Assembly: GCA_030390025.1 (NCBI GenBank)
Contig: CM059450.1
Span: 14,508,001-14,572,000 of the forward strand
Reading direction: 5' to 3'
Origin: Squalus acanthias
Taxonomy: Eukaryota
Length of the DNA: 64,000 nucleotides
The notes beneath the pieces are model-generated. The model was given only the letters and a program-made list of their open reading frames with translations. It was not told where the DNA came from and did no database searches. The translations under genes and the position numbers were made by a program. Within the stretch, counting starts at the first letter, position 1. Each line of letters starts with the position of its first letter. Positions 11,916-26,235 of the stretch are shown here, piece by piece.

Positions 11916-13828
11916 CTGAAAAACACAAAATGGAAACAGAAATCGTACATGAGAATCTACCAACATCGGGCAACTAAAATTTTCCAAAATCCTTATCATG
12001 CTGATTTTCTCACACGAACTTTATCCCATAACGAAGAAAGCATGGACAGTTGCTGGGAGCAGAACAAAAAAAAATGGACCTGCACCTTAAAATAACCCCA
12101 AATTAAAACTGAAACCATTATGGATACAGAGTAGAGAAGGTTATTAGGGCGAGTGCGGTTGGGGGGGGGGGAGATGGAAGGAAGAATCTAACAGAATTCA
12201 AAATCAATGTTTGAATCAACGGGTGAATCATGGTAGATTATCTCCACTGTTCAGTCAATTAGCAACAAGGAGGCACAAATTGAAGATTAATGCTAGAAGC
12301 AGAAAAGGGGAGATTAGATGGAAGTTAGTGCCAACTGAAGTTGAGTGCATCATATTTAAAGGGTAAATAAAACACCTGAAGGAAGCTATTGAAAGGTATG
12401 GGTGAAGTGCAGGCAAATGGGAGTAGGTAGAGTTGATAACTTTGATGGTGAAGCTAGCACCAGGATGACTGGCTGAATAGCCTCCTTCTGTCCCTAAATT
12501 TCTACGCTCGTAATGTAATCTTGGGAGTTCAGGTGACAGTCATAAAATACATCAGTTTTCCTCCTGTGGTTTATATCATCAGCCTTCTTGGGCACTGCCA
12601 TTATTCCTCATGTTGTTATTTGGTCTGACATTTTCAACTGGGAAATTGTGAAAGTTTGCTGCTTTGTGTGGGGAGAAAGGGAGGAAGAGAAGAGCTGATG
12701 ACAAGTCAGGCAGCTGACAACGCAATGCTTAACAATCATCTGCAGCTACTTTGACAAACTGTTTGATGGCACTTTCAGCAACGTTATGGGGCAGCAGCTA
12801 TCTCAGATCCAGCCAAACGGAACACATTGCATCTAGCCCATTTATCCAATATATGGGGTTTTTTTTTTTAAAACTTAGATTTATACCACAGAGTTCTGCA
12901 AGGCTTCCATTCAGTTGCAAAATTGGGGTCAGGAGGAACCGAGGGGAAAATAGTGTACAATTTCCACCAGATACAAAATGAGTATGAAAATTCAGCTTTC
13001 TGCCGGTTGACTGGATATTAGTACATTGGAGGCGAACCTTAAACAAATAAGTGTATTGAATCGTTTCCCGAACTAGTCTCTAGACAACAGGGGAAAGCAG
13101 TGCTTTGGCTCACAAACTCTAATCACACTGGCATCCAAGCTCACTTGCCGTCCCTCTCCGCCTGTAGTGAAATCTAAAAGGGTCACGATCTGCAGTGACA
13201 ATGACCCTACAAACCTTCACAGTCAACCCATCTGAGTTCAGTTGGGCTTTTCTTTGTAAAAGGTAGTTTTAAAATCATGAAGAGAATGGACAAAGTTGAT
13301 CCAGGCAAACTGTTCACTGTGGCGAGGGGAAAACGCGTCAAAAATTGGACGGGCAAAAAAGTAAGACGACAAACCAAATATGTTTTCCCTCAAAGAGAGC
13401 AAAAGATTGCAGGAAAAGTTACCAAAATAGCCAGTGACATAAGCAATAAAGTTAGCTAAATTAGATGAGTTTCTGGTAAGAAGCAATTGAGGGAATGTGA
13501 TAAGGAAGGAAGGTGGCCGGCCGGTTCAGATCCCTCAGAAAGGGATGCACTTGTTGGATCTAATTGCATTTCCTGTCCTTAAAAATTGTAATTTCTCAAG
13601 TCATTTCAGACATCAATGTAAAGACAGATTGCGTGCAAAGGCACGACTCCATCAGAAAGTCAGCGATGAGCCCAGGTACAGTTCTGTAACTCAAGTAGCT
13701 GAGGCGACCATTGAGCTTTTTTGAGTTAAAGCTAGGTACAGCCTTGAAAGCTCCATTTACATCAACAAAAGCATTTCATTTTTGATGATGTGGAGATGCC
13801 ACTATATATGCTGTGCCTATATGCATCT

Positions 13829-13927
13829 CTTCACTTCACCTGACGAAGGAGCAGCAGCTCCAAAAGCTTGTGATTTCAAATAAAGCTGTTGGACTATAAC
13901 CTGGTGTTGTGCGACTTCTCACATTTT
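13829..13927 (+). mobile_element. Penelope-like terminal repeat fragment
   Basis: cacctgacgaaggagcagcagctccaaaagcttgtg...aataaa resembles the hammerhead-like CTGAnGA...GAAA terminus of Penelope elements. Confidence 0.45.
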
Positions 13928-13967
13928 TACATTTTTGAGGAACACTTTAACAAAGGTACGCAATATT

Positions 13968-14350
13968 AAGACAAAAGCAAAATACTGCGGATGCTGGAAA
14001 TCTGAAATAAAAACAGAAAATGCTGGAAATACTCAGCAGGTCAGGCAGCATCGGTAGAGAGAGAAACAGAGTTAACGTTTCAGGTCGATGATCCTTCGTC
14101 AGAACTGGAAAAAGCTGGAGATGGAACAGGTTTTTAAGCAAGTGCAGGGACAGAGAAAGGCGGGGGGTGGGGGGGGAGGAGAGGAAAGAACAAAAGGGTA
14201 GGTCTGTGATAGGATGGGAGGCAGGAGAGAGTAAGAGACAAAAGGGATGATGGTGCAAGGCAAACGGAGATGGTAATGGGACAAGTTAAGAAACAAAAGA
14301 TGGCTCTAGATGAAGTATAAATGGCACTGGCAGAATGAAAGACAGCTGCT
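13968..14350 (-). mobile_element. Penelope-like shark interspersed repeat
   Basis: gcaaaatactgcggatgctggaaatctgaaataaaaacagaaaatgctggaaatactcagcagg...; second copy at 37898-38297; antisense ctgacgaaggatcatcgacctgaaac core. Confidence 0.6.
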
Positions 14351-16735
14351 ATGTGAGAGAGAGAAAAAATATTAAGAGTTCTCCTTTAAACTTTAGGATC
14401 GGAAAATAAAGCTGCTTCAACCAACTCCGTTGGGAATTCATTATTTTTAACATTGCGCTGCCTATCAAAATGATGAATGGACTATTTAGATGCAAATGGC
14501 CATTATAAAAATGATACATAGTGACAGGCTGATTAATATCATGATGTCTGAACCCAAGTTTGTTCTCATCAGCCAGTGAATATCATCTTACTAATAACAA
14601 TTTGTTGGGATCAAAAGCCATCAGATCATGATCCCAATCTTCAAATCAACTGCATTAACCCCCAACAGTAGGGACTGTCATATTAATTTTAATAAACAGA
14701 AAATTAAATTCAGCAACTAACATTTACACAGTGCCAGCTCAAAGCTACTGGTAGAAAGATCACTGTTTTCTTAAAGGGCAGGACAGCTTAATCTAACAGC
14801 CCATATAGTCATTCACATTGTAAGTCAATTAGAACGTTGATTAATGTTTGGGCGTAATCCTTCACTTCTGAGGGTCACACCCAAATGCTGATTGGATTTT
14901 CTGAAGCCGACTGATCTGCTGTGTTTCTCCACTTTATATTTCAGAGTTCTTCTTATCTCTTAAAAGATAAAAAAACTACACAGTCAAGCCTACAGTAGTG
15001 TAATACATAAAGCAGCACTATTCCCCGTAAATCAAGTGGATCAAGGTCTTTGCAGTGAAAGTACCAGAGATGGTAATGAAATGTTTCAACACTGTTGTAT
15101 TTCTTAAGAGTGGGCGAAGGATTCAGATGATAAATCAAGCTTTACTCTTGCAGTTTGTTATCTGAACTCGCTAGTTGCCCATATATTCTCTAGAATAGCA
15201 GTCCATGTGCTGACACTGCCACTTAGTGTAATACTTTCGTGTCAGGCAGTACACAAAACACATGGATACAAGAAGAAACTTTTGACACTTTTCTCTTTCT
15301 TTCTCCTTCCACCACCCCCCCATCCAACTGAATGAAATGTTTTCAATCATCTATTCCTACTCTTACAGTGCATTCACACTACAAGTTTAGTGTCAGTGTC
15401 AAGTACATCTTCAGCTTTGCACTGACCCTAAACTTGTGGAATGCAAATTGGGTGTCAAGGCCTGAACTAACTTAAGTGTAGTGAGGCCCTTCAGGGAGCA
15501 TCATTCTGCCTCGCTCCGATGTCAGGTCAGGTCGAGGCCCCCCCCCCCCCCCCCCACCCCGGAGTCCAGATTCAGGTTGCATTTACCCAAAACTGTAGTA
15601 TTAGTGTGAAGATTCCCATCAACACTATAGCTGTTAATGTAAACACAGCCTTAATTCCCACGGGGATGAATTAGATGGATGATGGCAGGAGAAACATCGC
15701 TTCTTTTTAAATATGAAGTATACTGTTTTATAGCTTCACCGATGCCTTGGTCCATAAATTGGAAATTAAATTTTCCCAAAATGCTGAGTAAATATAAATC
15801 AACATTGCTGTTTCAATTAGTTCAAATGCTAGTGAAACATGAGTTCGAAATTTGTTTTGGATTTGTGGCCGTAAGCCTTTCTCAATCAGAATTTCAAAAA
15901 CAATTAAGTTAATTTTGCTGTTTTGATGAAGAATTCAGCTTTAAAAATATTACACAATTAAGCATACATCATACTGCAAATACCTTACTAAGGACTCTAC
16001 TTACAGGAGATAAACTTCAAGGTTATAAAACCCAACAGAGCCTCCTGAAATACAGATTGTGAAGCTCACTGCCAGTTTCCCATGTTCCTTCTCAGAGTCT
16101 GACACAGCTGCTTCACTGTACCAAGACCCCTCCCATCCGCCATCACACCAGTGATGTGCAATTATCAGTCTCTGGCCTCCGATTTTTACATTCTCCTCAG
16201 ACTCTGCATACGCTCCAACACCTCTTAACTCTGACAAAAACTGCCTCGTTGGCACCCTTCCCTACCCTTCTCAAAACCCGGATAACCCTCAGGCCTGCTG
16301 ACGAGGAGTCCAGCATCATTCACCGAAACTCTCTGCAGGGGGTGGATGCAGGGATTTACACCGTGGCAGGTTGCCTTGGCATACATATGCATGCAAATTT
16401 ACACATTAATCAGTGACATTACAGCAGCTGGCAAAAATATTCTGTCTGCGGCTGCACGAATGAACTTTCATGAACAGCCACTTTTGGCATTTTGCAGTGC
16501 TGACCTTTGAGTGAATCACTTTTTAATTTACACTCTCAGAAATTCCTGTTCGCACTTTATTTAGTGCAGCTGTCGTGTGTTTAAAGTTCCTATTTTTAAT
16601 CGGCACCAAAGGCTTGTGCCAACTCGGAGACTTGCCGAGTACATTTCATTTACCCAGCAAAAATCCATTTTTAATGCCCTTGAACACAGACGGATGTGCA
16701 AAGTTTAAACTGAATAAACGGAAGAGCCTCCTTAC

Positions 16736-16851
16736 CTGCGACACTGCACACTACCAGAAGCACCAAGAGGGGGGTTGCAGGATTTGCTGGGAGAGACAGG
16801 TTGCGTAGACTGGAGTCCAGATGGTTGCTGAGATATCGAGATGGAAATACT
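16736..16851 (-). CDS. ATF7IP: ATF7IP exon (SISISISQQPSGLQSTQPVSPSKSCNPPLGASGSVQCR)
   Basis: PVSPSK resembles ATF7IP PVSPGK. Acceptor ttttttgttttgtccAG, donor CAG|GTAAGG; 116 nt, phase 0 to 2, compatible with both neighbours. Confidence 0.8.
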
Positions 16852-18611
16852 CTGGACAAAACAAAAAAAGTATTAAGAATGGAGGTGCCAAAATGGACAA
16901 ACACTTTCAACAACACAATGGCCCCAAGAGTCAAACTCAGCAGCTTCTGGAACATCAACCTGTTTCATTTTTTAAAAATGTATCCCATGTGTCTTGAAAC
17001 AGAGCCCATTTAATGCTGCAGACAGCCATCATTCAGCTGCCTACATGTAGCTGGAATTGAACACACGCAGTCTTGGTACAATTGGACCTTCAATGAACAG
17101 CCATTTTCATATTTGCATTCCTGACCTTTAACAAATGTCAAATATTTCTGCACCTTCCTTTATTTTATGAACCTGTCTTTTATCGGTCAGGTTTCCAAAC
17201 TTAATTTTAATTGATGCCAAAGGCTACACTAAAATAAAAAAAAAGGTTTTCTCTATAGTTTTTAACATTTTTATTGATACAAGAATACAAATCTCAGTGG
17301 CAAATTGGGGCGAGAGGGAGAGCAACATGCTTGAACTCCGTGCCCGATGCATTCTGCTGAGAAATAAGACTGTGTCACAATAAAGACACTTGGCAATGTG
17401 CTGATATAGATTACAACGGCAGACAATGTTGCTGGTTGGAAAGAACTGGGAATGGTCAGTAGGTGTGAGGAGAAAAAGAGTAGGAGTGCTATAAATAGAT
17501 ATGCATGCAAACACAACTGTTTTTCCTAACAAACAATATTAGGGTCTCTTTCTAAATAAAAAATCACTAGCCAACTGGTTAGTCAATTGTTATACACCTT
17601 CATTTGAATTCAGCTGAAAGTGAGAAATGAGAATTTAATACCAGCATGAAAACAAATACACAGTATAGTCGAGTGAAGAAGTGTGCTATTCTTTCACGTG
17701 TGTAAAAAAATCCACCTAAGAGGACACAATTGAGTCACAATCTATCTCCCGAGTGAAAGAATGTTGGTGATGTACTCGATGCTACTATATTCTTTCCCCT
17801 TCCCTAGTACATCTATTACTGGCATTTGGGCACATCCAATAACATGCTGTAAACACAATTTCACTGCAACGGACTTCAGACGTCAACTCCCAAATATAGG
17901 CAACTTAAAACACCAGACCACAGCGAGAGTTATGGACAGGGTCTCGTATGTAGTGGGTGGAGTTTAATCTTGCAGACTGGGTGCCCACTGACCACACAGA
18001 TTGCACGTTTGAGATTCTGCCCAAAGATGTATTATAGGGTTTTTCTTTCTCTTAGATACTTTAACTTCCAGCATCGATACCAAACTATTAGTTACTTTGA
18101 GACATACACGGTCATGCTGTGTGTGAATATACATTACAGCTCTCAGTGCACTCAGGTCTCACTAAAGATTCGCAGCTTTTCAGTTTGAATTAAATACTTT
18201 CATTTCCAAACATATATTATGCACAATTAGAACTGATTAAGGGGCAAGCATGCCTTCTAAGAATTATAGGATGCCGTAACTTGTTAATAATTCCCTGCTC
18301 AGAGCAGCAGCAACATAAAGCAGAACCATGAGATGTGCAAGATTAGGACAAAACAGACAAGCACTTTGAATTAGACCTGCATAACAGGATACAGAGCTAA
18401 ACACCAAGATTTTCTATTACTTACTCATCAAGTAATCCAAAACTTCCAACTCACAAGATACTATACTGCAAATCTGACAACTATGCGTAATTCTGGCAGA
18501 CGAACAATTCCAGAAACTTTGATTCTGATACAGATGTAGAGCCAGTGCCCATTTATCACTAGGGTCCACACACTTTCATCACGTGAGTAAGCCTTGAAGT
18601 ATTCTCTACAG

Positions 18612-18883
18612 CAGTGGTTTTCAAACTGGGGTCTGTCAGAAGATCCTAGGAGGCCCCAGAGATCATCAGATTTCTATCAGGCCGTCATCAGATTTCAGCA
18701 TTTGAATTAATATCATGTTACTTCTGTTGCCGTACACCAATTAAAAAAATATATTTCCTGCAATGAGAGCACTGTTCATCTTTGGCTAGCTTACTGCCTT
18801 TTGAAAGTAATTATAGGGAGTCCCCAGGAGCATGTCCATACATACTGGGGGGATCCCCGCACAGAAAAGTTTGAACAATACTT
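18612..18883. mobile_element. Degenerate hAT (Charlie-like) MITE
   Basis: Imperfect terminal inverted repeats cagtggttttcaaact ... agtttgaacaatact; ~270 bp, no ORF. Confidence 0.4.
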
Positions 18884-21800
18884 CTATAGTAGCTCTATAA
18901 GCTCAGGTTAAGAACAAATTTGGATTTGGTAAAGATTTGCTCCAATTTTCATTTTAATGCATAAATATTTTATCGCGAACCAGTTGATGATTTGTAGCAT
19001 TTCACATGGGAAGTCAAGACTAAGTGTAGTCTTCAGGTGGAAGCAGGGGTAGAGGGCTGGGGATAATTGGACAAGAGTGTGCAGATATAATTCTGCCCCC
19101 ATTTTAAAAATCATACATTCGGCCTTTATTTTTATATTTCCATCATAAATTCCTATGTGCACATTTATAATGGAACTGTCCATGTCAACTTATCACTGTA
19201 ATTATACCCTCCGGCCAGTGGTGGCGCTGCAAGAGTGTAATTACAGCAAGTAACGTACAAGTTTACATTATAAATTTCTCTGGCCACATTTATCACGGTA
19301 AAGTGGTTGGGAAGTGTGCCCAGACAGAATTTTTTTTAATTTTTTTTTTTAAATACAAATATCTAGATATATCCATGAGAAGGGGACAGGCAATACAGTT
19401 TATATCCCACAGCAGGGCTGATTTGATGATTAGTTACCAAGGAATTTAACAGTAATCTATAGTCAAGCTCCACGAGTGGGATATAAAACCCTTATCCAAT
19501 CGCTGCACATTATGTATTTGGTTTGGAACACTCTTGATAATTAAAGGATAAAAATCTCATAAGAGCAAACTACACAGATGAGGACGGCTTCTGGTGGCAT
19601 CACTGCTTTCCTCTCCACGCTATCAATTTTCAACTCTGATGCCATAAATGAGGGAAGATATTTCCAGCTGACATCATGTGTGGTATAAATACTATACATC
19701 ACATAGCGAGAGAGAAGCACTGCATGGAAAAACTCGAGCACCATCACATCACCATTACCAGAGACGGGCAAAAATAACCAACTCCACAGCTTTGCTCGTC
19801 ATTAATCTTGAATTAGGAGCACGGAGAATGCAAGAAAATGTTGATGGGGAAGAACTGCACAGGAACAGTGAAGCTCAATAAACATGCAGGGAAAGGAGAA
19901 CCGAGATTGTGAATGTATATATCCTCCAATTCGACCCCCAACCTTAACAGACGACAGTTAATGCCGATTGGAATGAGCCCTTGAGCTGCATTCTTGTGGT
20001 TTAGGCCGTCATCCATCACTTTGATTATATCAGAAGTGTGTTGGGGCTATATTATTCTATATACTATATCCAGTATCATTCTATAATCAAGCTTTTCTTG
20101 GGGAAATTGCTGTATCGCATCAAAACTGCATTCAAGAAAATTGATTCCTACTGAACATTTTTCCAGATAGCAGAGTGAACAAAATGTTGAGCTGTTTATA
20201 AAGCCAAAGAAAACCCATAGAGGACCAAATTTAGACTGATTCCATGCAACAGTGGGAGTTAATGCTCTACTATGTTTAGGAGCTAAACGCACACATTCTT
20301 TAACGAGCCACGTTACTTTAATGTGCCGTGTAGATACATTTATAGAAGCAATAACATAGGGTATCAGATTAGCAGTCGATAGGAATCAAAAAATGTTTAT
20401 TGGTGCAATTTTATGCTCGATATGGAGCTTTAAAGCTCAGTCCTTCAGTATTTTTGCTGCTAATCCTGAAGGACTGAATATCAAAGCTCTGTATTTGACA
20501 TAAAACAGCAGCATACACATTTAAAAAAATCATACTGACTTCTACCTTGTACATATCTCCTTTCAGCATTATTTCCCCAGCTATAAATAGCCTGCACTTT
20601 CAGAATATAAATCAACTTTCCATATGTATAGGCAGTTTCAGCTGTGTCCATTCTTAGAAGAAATGGTTAACTACAAAGGAATTAGATTAATACCAAGTCT
20701 GGGGATGGAGAGAGTGAGAAAGAAACACACTCCCACGGTTATATCAAGATACCTATGTAACCTGGACCAGAGATGAAAACTACTCCATTTAATGCAACAC
20801 TTTCAAATCATTTCCTCTGCCACTTGATGGCACTTCTGAGCTTTTAAAATTATAAAATATGTGATGTAGACGTTTCTATGTAAAGTGGTTAAATGTCTAT
20901 GGATTATTTAAAATCTCAAGGTCAAAGTTACTTTATTGTAATAATCTAGGAACTTTCCCCATTCAATGAGCAGCACTGAATAGGGTCACTATTATTTGTT
21001 GATATTTAAATAGCTCTACCCAATAGCATGAGGTAGCCCTCAGCATACATAGATGGGAATATGAATTCAGCTTCTGAAAGAAAAAGGCCAGTGCCTAATG
21101 TACAATCTTAACATGACATGGGAACTTAGGCCAGTGTTTTTATCAGTGGGAAGTCACTCTCCACCCCTCCGTGCTTGCACAACCCAAAGCATCATTCATT
21201 GCTTTCTGCATCACACACACAGTTCTTAATAGTCAGCAGTATAAAGTAACAAGTGTATCCTGATCATTTAATCGCATAATCTTAATTGTTGTTAAATTAA
21301 TGGCGTCTGTCACTCTTCATTACCCTGCTTTATTTGTACAAGCTGATACTATGTAGAAATCATTCGCCCTCAGTCAGCTCTGCAGAACTGACACCATGAA
21401 TAGGAACCGTGTGTTGTAAAGAGCGTTTTTCACTCACATTACTGAAGCAGCACTTACTGTTGCCACATAATGGAGCTCTGCAGCATCAAATGACAATCAA
21501 GAGCACTAAGTAGCATCTTTTATAACACTTATTATGCAGCAATTCAGTATACACACACCCTTACTACTGATTAAAGCCAAAACTAAAAAGCAGCTTCAAG
21601 CAAAAATAGAGAGAGAAATTTGTGCCTTTTTTTGAAAAATAATTACAAATGACAAGGAGATGGAGAAACCTGTGGCGCTGGCGTAATCCTCTCTCCACAA
21701 ACTCCACTGATGATTTCTGCCCAGCCAGCACAACCTCCCGTAACACGAACTACTAATCTACAAGCCAAGTCATTATCCATTTATATGAGCAAATTATATA

Positions 21801-22775
21801 CTTCAGAAATCCAACCACTGTACAAAAGTATGTTCTTTTACCTTATAGTTATACCCCCTCTAAAACAGCCTTTGCAGCACCTTCAAAGCATGCATTTGTA
21901 TCGTATTCAACAAGATCCTGCCAAGTATTTCCTGCTGACAACTGGCTTGACAAAGAGTTTGAGAAGCATGCAATCCCATACCAGCACAAGGCTCCACAAA
22001 GTAGTCATGCTTTTTTAATTCCCACTGACCAAGAGTAGATTACTCACCTTTTGGCACAGCATGCCTTATTCTTTTAATTAAAGTTACTCTCTACATATCA
22101 TAGCTATGGGGTCATCACAGCAACAAGAATCACTTGGGAAGAGCCAAACCATTCACTTCACTCATTATCATGTGACTATTCTTCTTCTGCGCTTGGACAA
22201 GTTCAGTTCTTCTGAGGATGCTGCATCAATTGGCTGGGTTTCCTCTATCTCAGTACCAGTGTGAAAAACTCATATTTGTTACTGCAGACTTTTAAGTAGC
22301 TGGTTCCTCAATACCAATTATCTGAATAATAACTGCGATTAGTGGAAGGTCGGAAAGGGTCCTCAAATTATTTTGATCACAATGATTTTGACACCTTTAC
22401 CTGGTTGCTAGAATCTGACTGACAGAGGCAGGAAATGCTACATGATTAGCCATTCCGCTCGTAGATTATAGTCTTCCGAGGACCCATCCAAATTCTCGAG
22501 AATTTAGGTCAGCCTATGTTTTCCCAAATGTATTTTCCAGCTGAAAGAGGAGAACTGCTGCGAGTTGGCCGTGATTCCATGGCCCGCGATTGAACAATTC
22601 CAACTGCTTCTGAAAGCCAGAAAACACTGCTCTGGGAGAAGCAGTACAAGTGCAAGGAGTCTGCAGTCTATGCCCTATGAATGAGATATCCATGGGAGTT
22701 ACAGCTGGACACCACTGAATGAGAACTGCTGCTGTTCGAAGGGCAGGTCTTGGAAGCTTTCCTCTCATTTAGGTG

Positions 22776-23015
22776 AAAAGAAAAAAAGACTTGCATTTAT
22801 ATAGCGCCTTTTACGACCTCAGGATGTGCATCACAGTCAATGAAGTACTTGAAGTGTAGTCACAGTTGTAATGTAGGAAACGCAGCAGCCAATGTGTGTG
22901 CAGCAAGGCTCCACAAATAACAATGCGATAATGACCAAATAATCGGTTTTAGCGATGCTGGTTGAGGGATAAATGTTGGCCAAAACACGAGGGAGAATTC
23001 CCCTGCTCTTCAAAA
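22776..23015 (-). mobile_element. Deu-SINE (SacSINE1-like) 3' half
   Basis: Homologous to 8066-8320 (aagacttgcatttatatagc...cccctgctcttc). Confidence 0.8.
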
Positions 23016-23016
23016 T

Positions 23017-23360
23017 AATCAAGCAGGCTGCTTTGTCTTGAATGGTGTCAAGCTTCTTGAGTGTTGTTGGAGTTGCACTCATCCAGGCAAGAGGAGAGTA
23101 TTCCATCACACTGCTGACTTGTGCCTTGTAGATAGATGGTGGAAAGGCTTTGGGGAGCCACAGAATATCCAGCCTCTGGATCTGCTCTTGTTGCCACAGA
23201 ATGTGTGTGGCTGGTCCAGTTAAGTTACTGGTCAATGGTGACCCCCCAGGATGTTGATGGTGGGGGGATTCGGCGATGGTAATGCCGTTGAATGTCAAGG
23301 ATAAGTGGTTAGACTCTTGCTTCTTGGAGATAGTCATTGCCTGGTACTTGTGTGGCGCTC
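23017..23360 (-). mobile_element. CR1-group LINE RT C-terminal fragment
   Basis: SNHLSLTFNGITIAESP, YKAQVSSVMEYSPLAWMSA, KKLDTIQDKAA: same family as 53260-54955. Confidence 0.85.
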
Positions 23361-25818
23361 TTAAGTTACTCTCTACATACCATAGGTTTGGGGTCATCAT
23401 AGCAACAAGAATCATTTGCAGAGCTAAATCCTTCACATCTTCACAATCATGTGACTATTGCTCTTCTGCACTTGGAAAAGTCCAGTTCTTCGGAGGATGC
23501 TGCATCGATGCTTCTATGTACAAATGCAATTCGGATGTGAAGCTTCAGGGCTCTGTCTTTTATGTACAAGAGTGCTTTGGGGAAGAAGCCTTGGAATAGT
23601 TTTCATGGTTTGGCATTTTTTTGAAAAAAAAAACTTGCAAGGAGTTTTGCAGAAAGCTAATATTTATCAAAAGCAGATCCACAATCAATGCCTAAGCTAG
23701 GAATGACAAAGGCAGCCTGAAAGACAGAGGTCTGTGGAGTCTGACTTTCTAAAGATGAGGCATCAAGATAAAACTGGACTTTGCTGCAATGATCCAACAT
23801 CTTGGTTTGAACTTGACAGATTCCGAGCCGTTACAGTCCCATTGGATCCATTGAGTTTACGTTGAGCATGGAAGACGAAACCAGTTCCAGTTCCAAACTA
23901 ATTCCAGTTAAACCTACTGACAATGCCCTTAAGAAAAGTGGCTTGGGAATCCTGAACAACCAGCTGGTCATGGTATTTCCTACCATTACGAAATGCCACT
24001 TTGAATAAGATCGCAATCTTGGCACTGAACTCTTTGGAGACTTGTCCTGACGGGCATCACCGCAATATTCAATGTTTCAACAATTTTCTGAGGATGAGGA
24101 TATCAACTCCCTGCTAATTAGATTCGGCATTCTCAGGGAACAGGACCCCATCTGCCATTCAGGGAGATGTGACTGATATATTAATGGTAGTGGGTCCAGC
24201 TTAGACTAGCTGCCATAATTAAAGTCTTGATAAGAATATTTGCAGTCGTGTGTGTGTGTGTGTGTATGTGTATGGGCATCTGAGCCTGGTATTTACTATT
24301 CCAATGCTAAGGAAAATATACTACTTACTGAACTGCCACTGTCCTTTATTGCTATGTCATGGAAGCCCCTGTTGCCTCTGGTAATTGTCCACCGATTTAG
24401 TCCTGCACTCCAGCAAAATAAAATCAGAGACGAACAAAAATAATTCTAACCCCACGTTCTCTGAAGATGGAGAGGTTGTCCAATTAGTGTTCTCATTGCA
24501 GTCCCTAGGAGCCTAAGCTCAACAGAAGGAGTACAAAGTTGCTTCTTTGCAGAAAGGCAATACTCTATTGCACCGATGCTTGATGATTTCAGTCTCTTGA
24601 GCCATTGGGAATTTCCTTTACTTTTAGGTAATTCATGTTGTGGAAATCTGAAGGAAAGGCTCAATTAGGAGTGACAATCCAATATGACTATTGTAGAAGA
24701 CAGGAGGGTTTTCAGAGTGGGGGGATTGAAACAGCACTGAAAAATGCCACAAAGAATGAGGAAGTGACTTAGCTCTGTTCAAACTGTCTCGGAAGAATGA
24801 GGTATCTGCATTTCCTTGTCCTATTAGTATGCCAACCGTACCCATCTTCCATGGAGGGCAGAAAATGATTGGAGCATCACATTCATCTTTATCGCCTCAA
24901 TGGCAAAAGTTGAAAGAAGTTAAACGTTTAGCAATGTAGCTGACCTGCAGTGAAACCAGAAATGCCAACAGCGGATTTTTAAACAGAACTGTTGGGGCCA
25001 CAGAGAGGGGAACTGTAGGAAGGAAGGGACGAGGGATTTGCAACATGCACCACCTCCTAAAGCATTCCCAATCAAGATTCCTCAAGATGGTTCCTGTCTG
25101 CGTATAAAAAAAAATACATGATTGTAGACGTATTGAGACAGGGAGCTAGAGCAGCTATTGAACAGAATGGATGAATAAAAGCAAAACTAGGAGAACTACT
25201 CTTCAACAGGCATAGCTAACCGAACAAACACTTGGAAATTATAAGTCATTATTCACTTTTTACAGCTAGAGCTTGCACAGAAACACCATGAAGTAAAAGA
25301 CCAATCTTTTCTCAAAACTATTGCAGTAAGAGGAATGACGCAAGTTAACAAAGACATATTCATTTTGTTAGGCAAATCGGAATAAAATCCAATGGACCAT
25401 ATTGATAGGCTTTAATCATTTTTTAATTATATGAGGACACAGGCTAACAATTTGTTATTAAAATTTAGTTTCTTATTAGACGTGAAATCTCCAGAAATCA
25501 AAGGACAAAAAAATAACTTAGTGTTACTGACAACCACACACACACACACACACACACACACGAGAATCAATTAATAGCATAACAGGATAAAAGAAAGTGC
25601 TTTGAAAGAATCATCTTGCAAACTTACTGAAACATCTTACACTGAAGACGAGTGCAAAATACTACTTTAAAATGGTTGCATTGTCCCCAGCCTCCCTCTC
25701 CACTCCCCAGTTCTTGCAGCCTCTTCCAGGTTGGAGGTTAAGTAAGGAACTTCAACACAAATACTGCTGCGTACTGAGAAATCAGGAGGCACACCACATC
25801 AGTTTTCCCCCTCGTCAG

Positions 25819-25824
25819 TTTATT
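25819..25824 (-). terminator. Candidate polyadenylation signal AATAAA for module A isoform
   Basis: Plus-strand tttatt at 25819-25824, about 43 nt downstream of the stop codon. Confidence 0.45.
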
Positions 25825-25866
25825 GTTTTATATTCTTACAATCTAATATGACGGAGTCTTTTTGCA

Positions 25867-26235
25867 CTACTGGAAGATTTTAGCAGCACAATAGGATGAT
25901 GATGCTGCAACTTTGACAGAAGACATTGGTAATGTTGAAGGTGTACTACAAGGCAGTTCAACCTTCACCAATCCTTCCTGGTTCGTAAGCACTGCTTCTG
26001 GCTGGGTGACTATGTTCACTGCTTCTTGTGCACAAGCACTTTGCTGTCTCAAGGAAGAAGATGACTGTGAACAAGCTGGGATCTTCTTCAAAGGATTTGG
26101 AGGCTGCAAACAGTCAGACACTGCCTTCATTTGAGTCTTTTTGTAGGACATCATTGCATTACTGCCATTTCCCATTCGTTCCTTAATTAGCTCTTCATCA
26201 AAGCCACGACTGTGAAGGGCAGCTACACTGCTGAC
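25867..26235 (-). CDS. Module A exon 2 (terminal): C-terminal end of the YR domain plus low-complexity tail
   Basis: Acceptor ttttgttgtAG|GTC at 26235 (phase 0) gives VSSVAALHSRGFDEELIKERMGNGSNAMMSYKKTQMKAVSDCLQPP, the expected continuation after HTGQSGR (Crypton pattern HSLR.T....L...G.DEQLI.ERTGHRS.A...YK). TAG at 25867-25869. Confidence 0.82.
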   Translation of the reverse strand, partial: VSSVAALHSRGFDEELIKERMGNGSNAMMSYKKTQMKAVSDCLQPPNPLKKIPACSQSSSSLRQQSACAQEAVNIVTQPEAVLTNQEGLVKVELPCSTPSTLPMSSVKVAASSSYCAAKIFQ

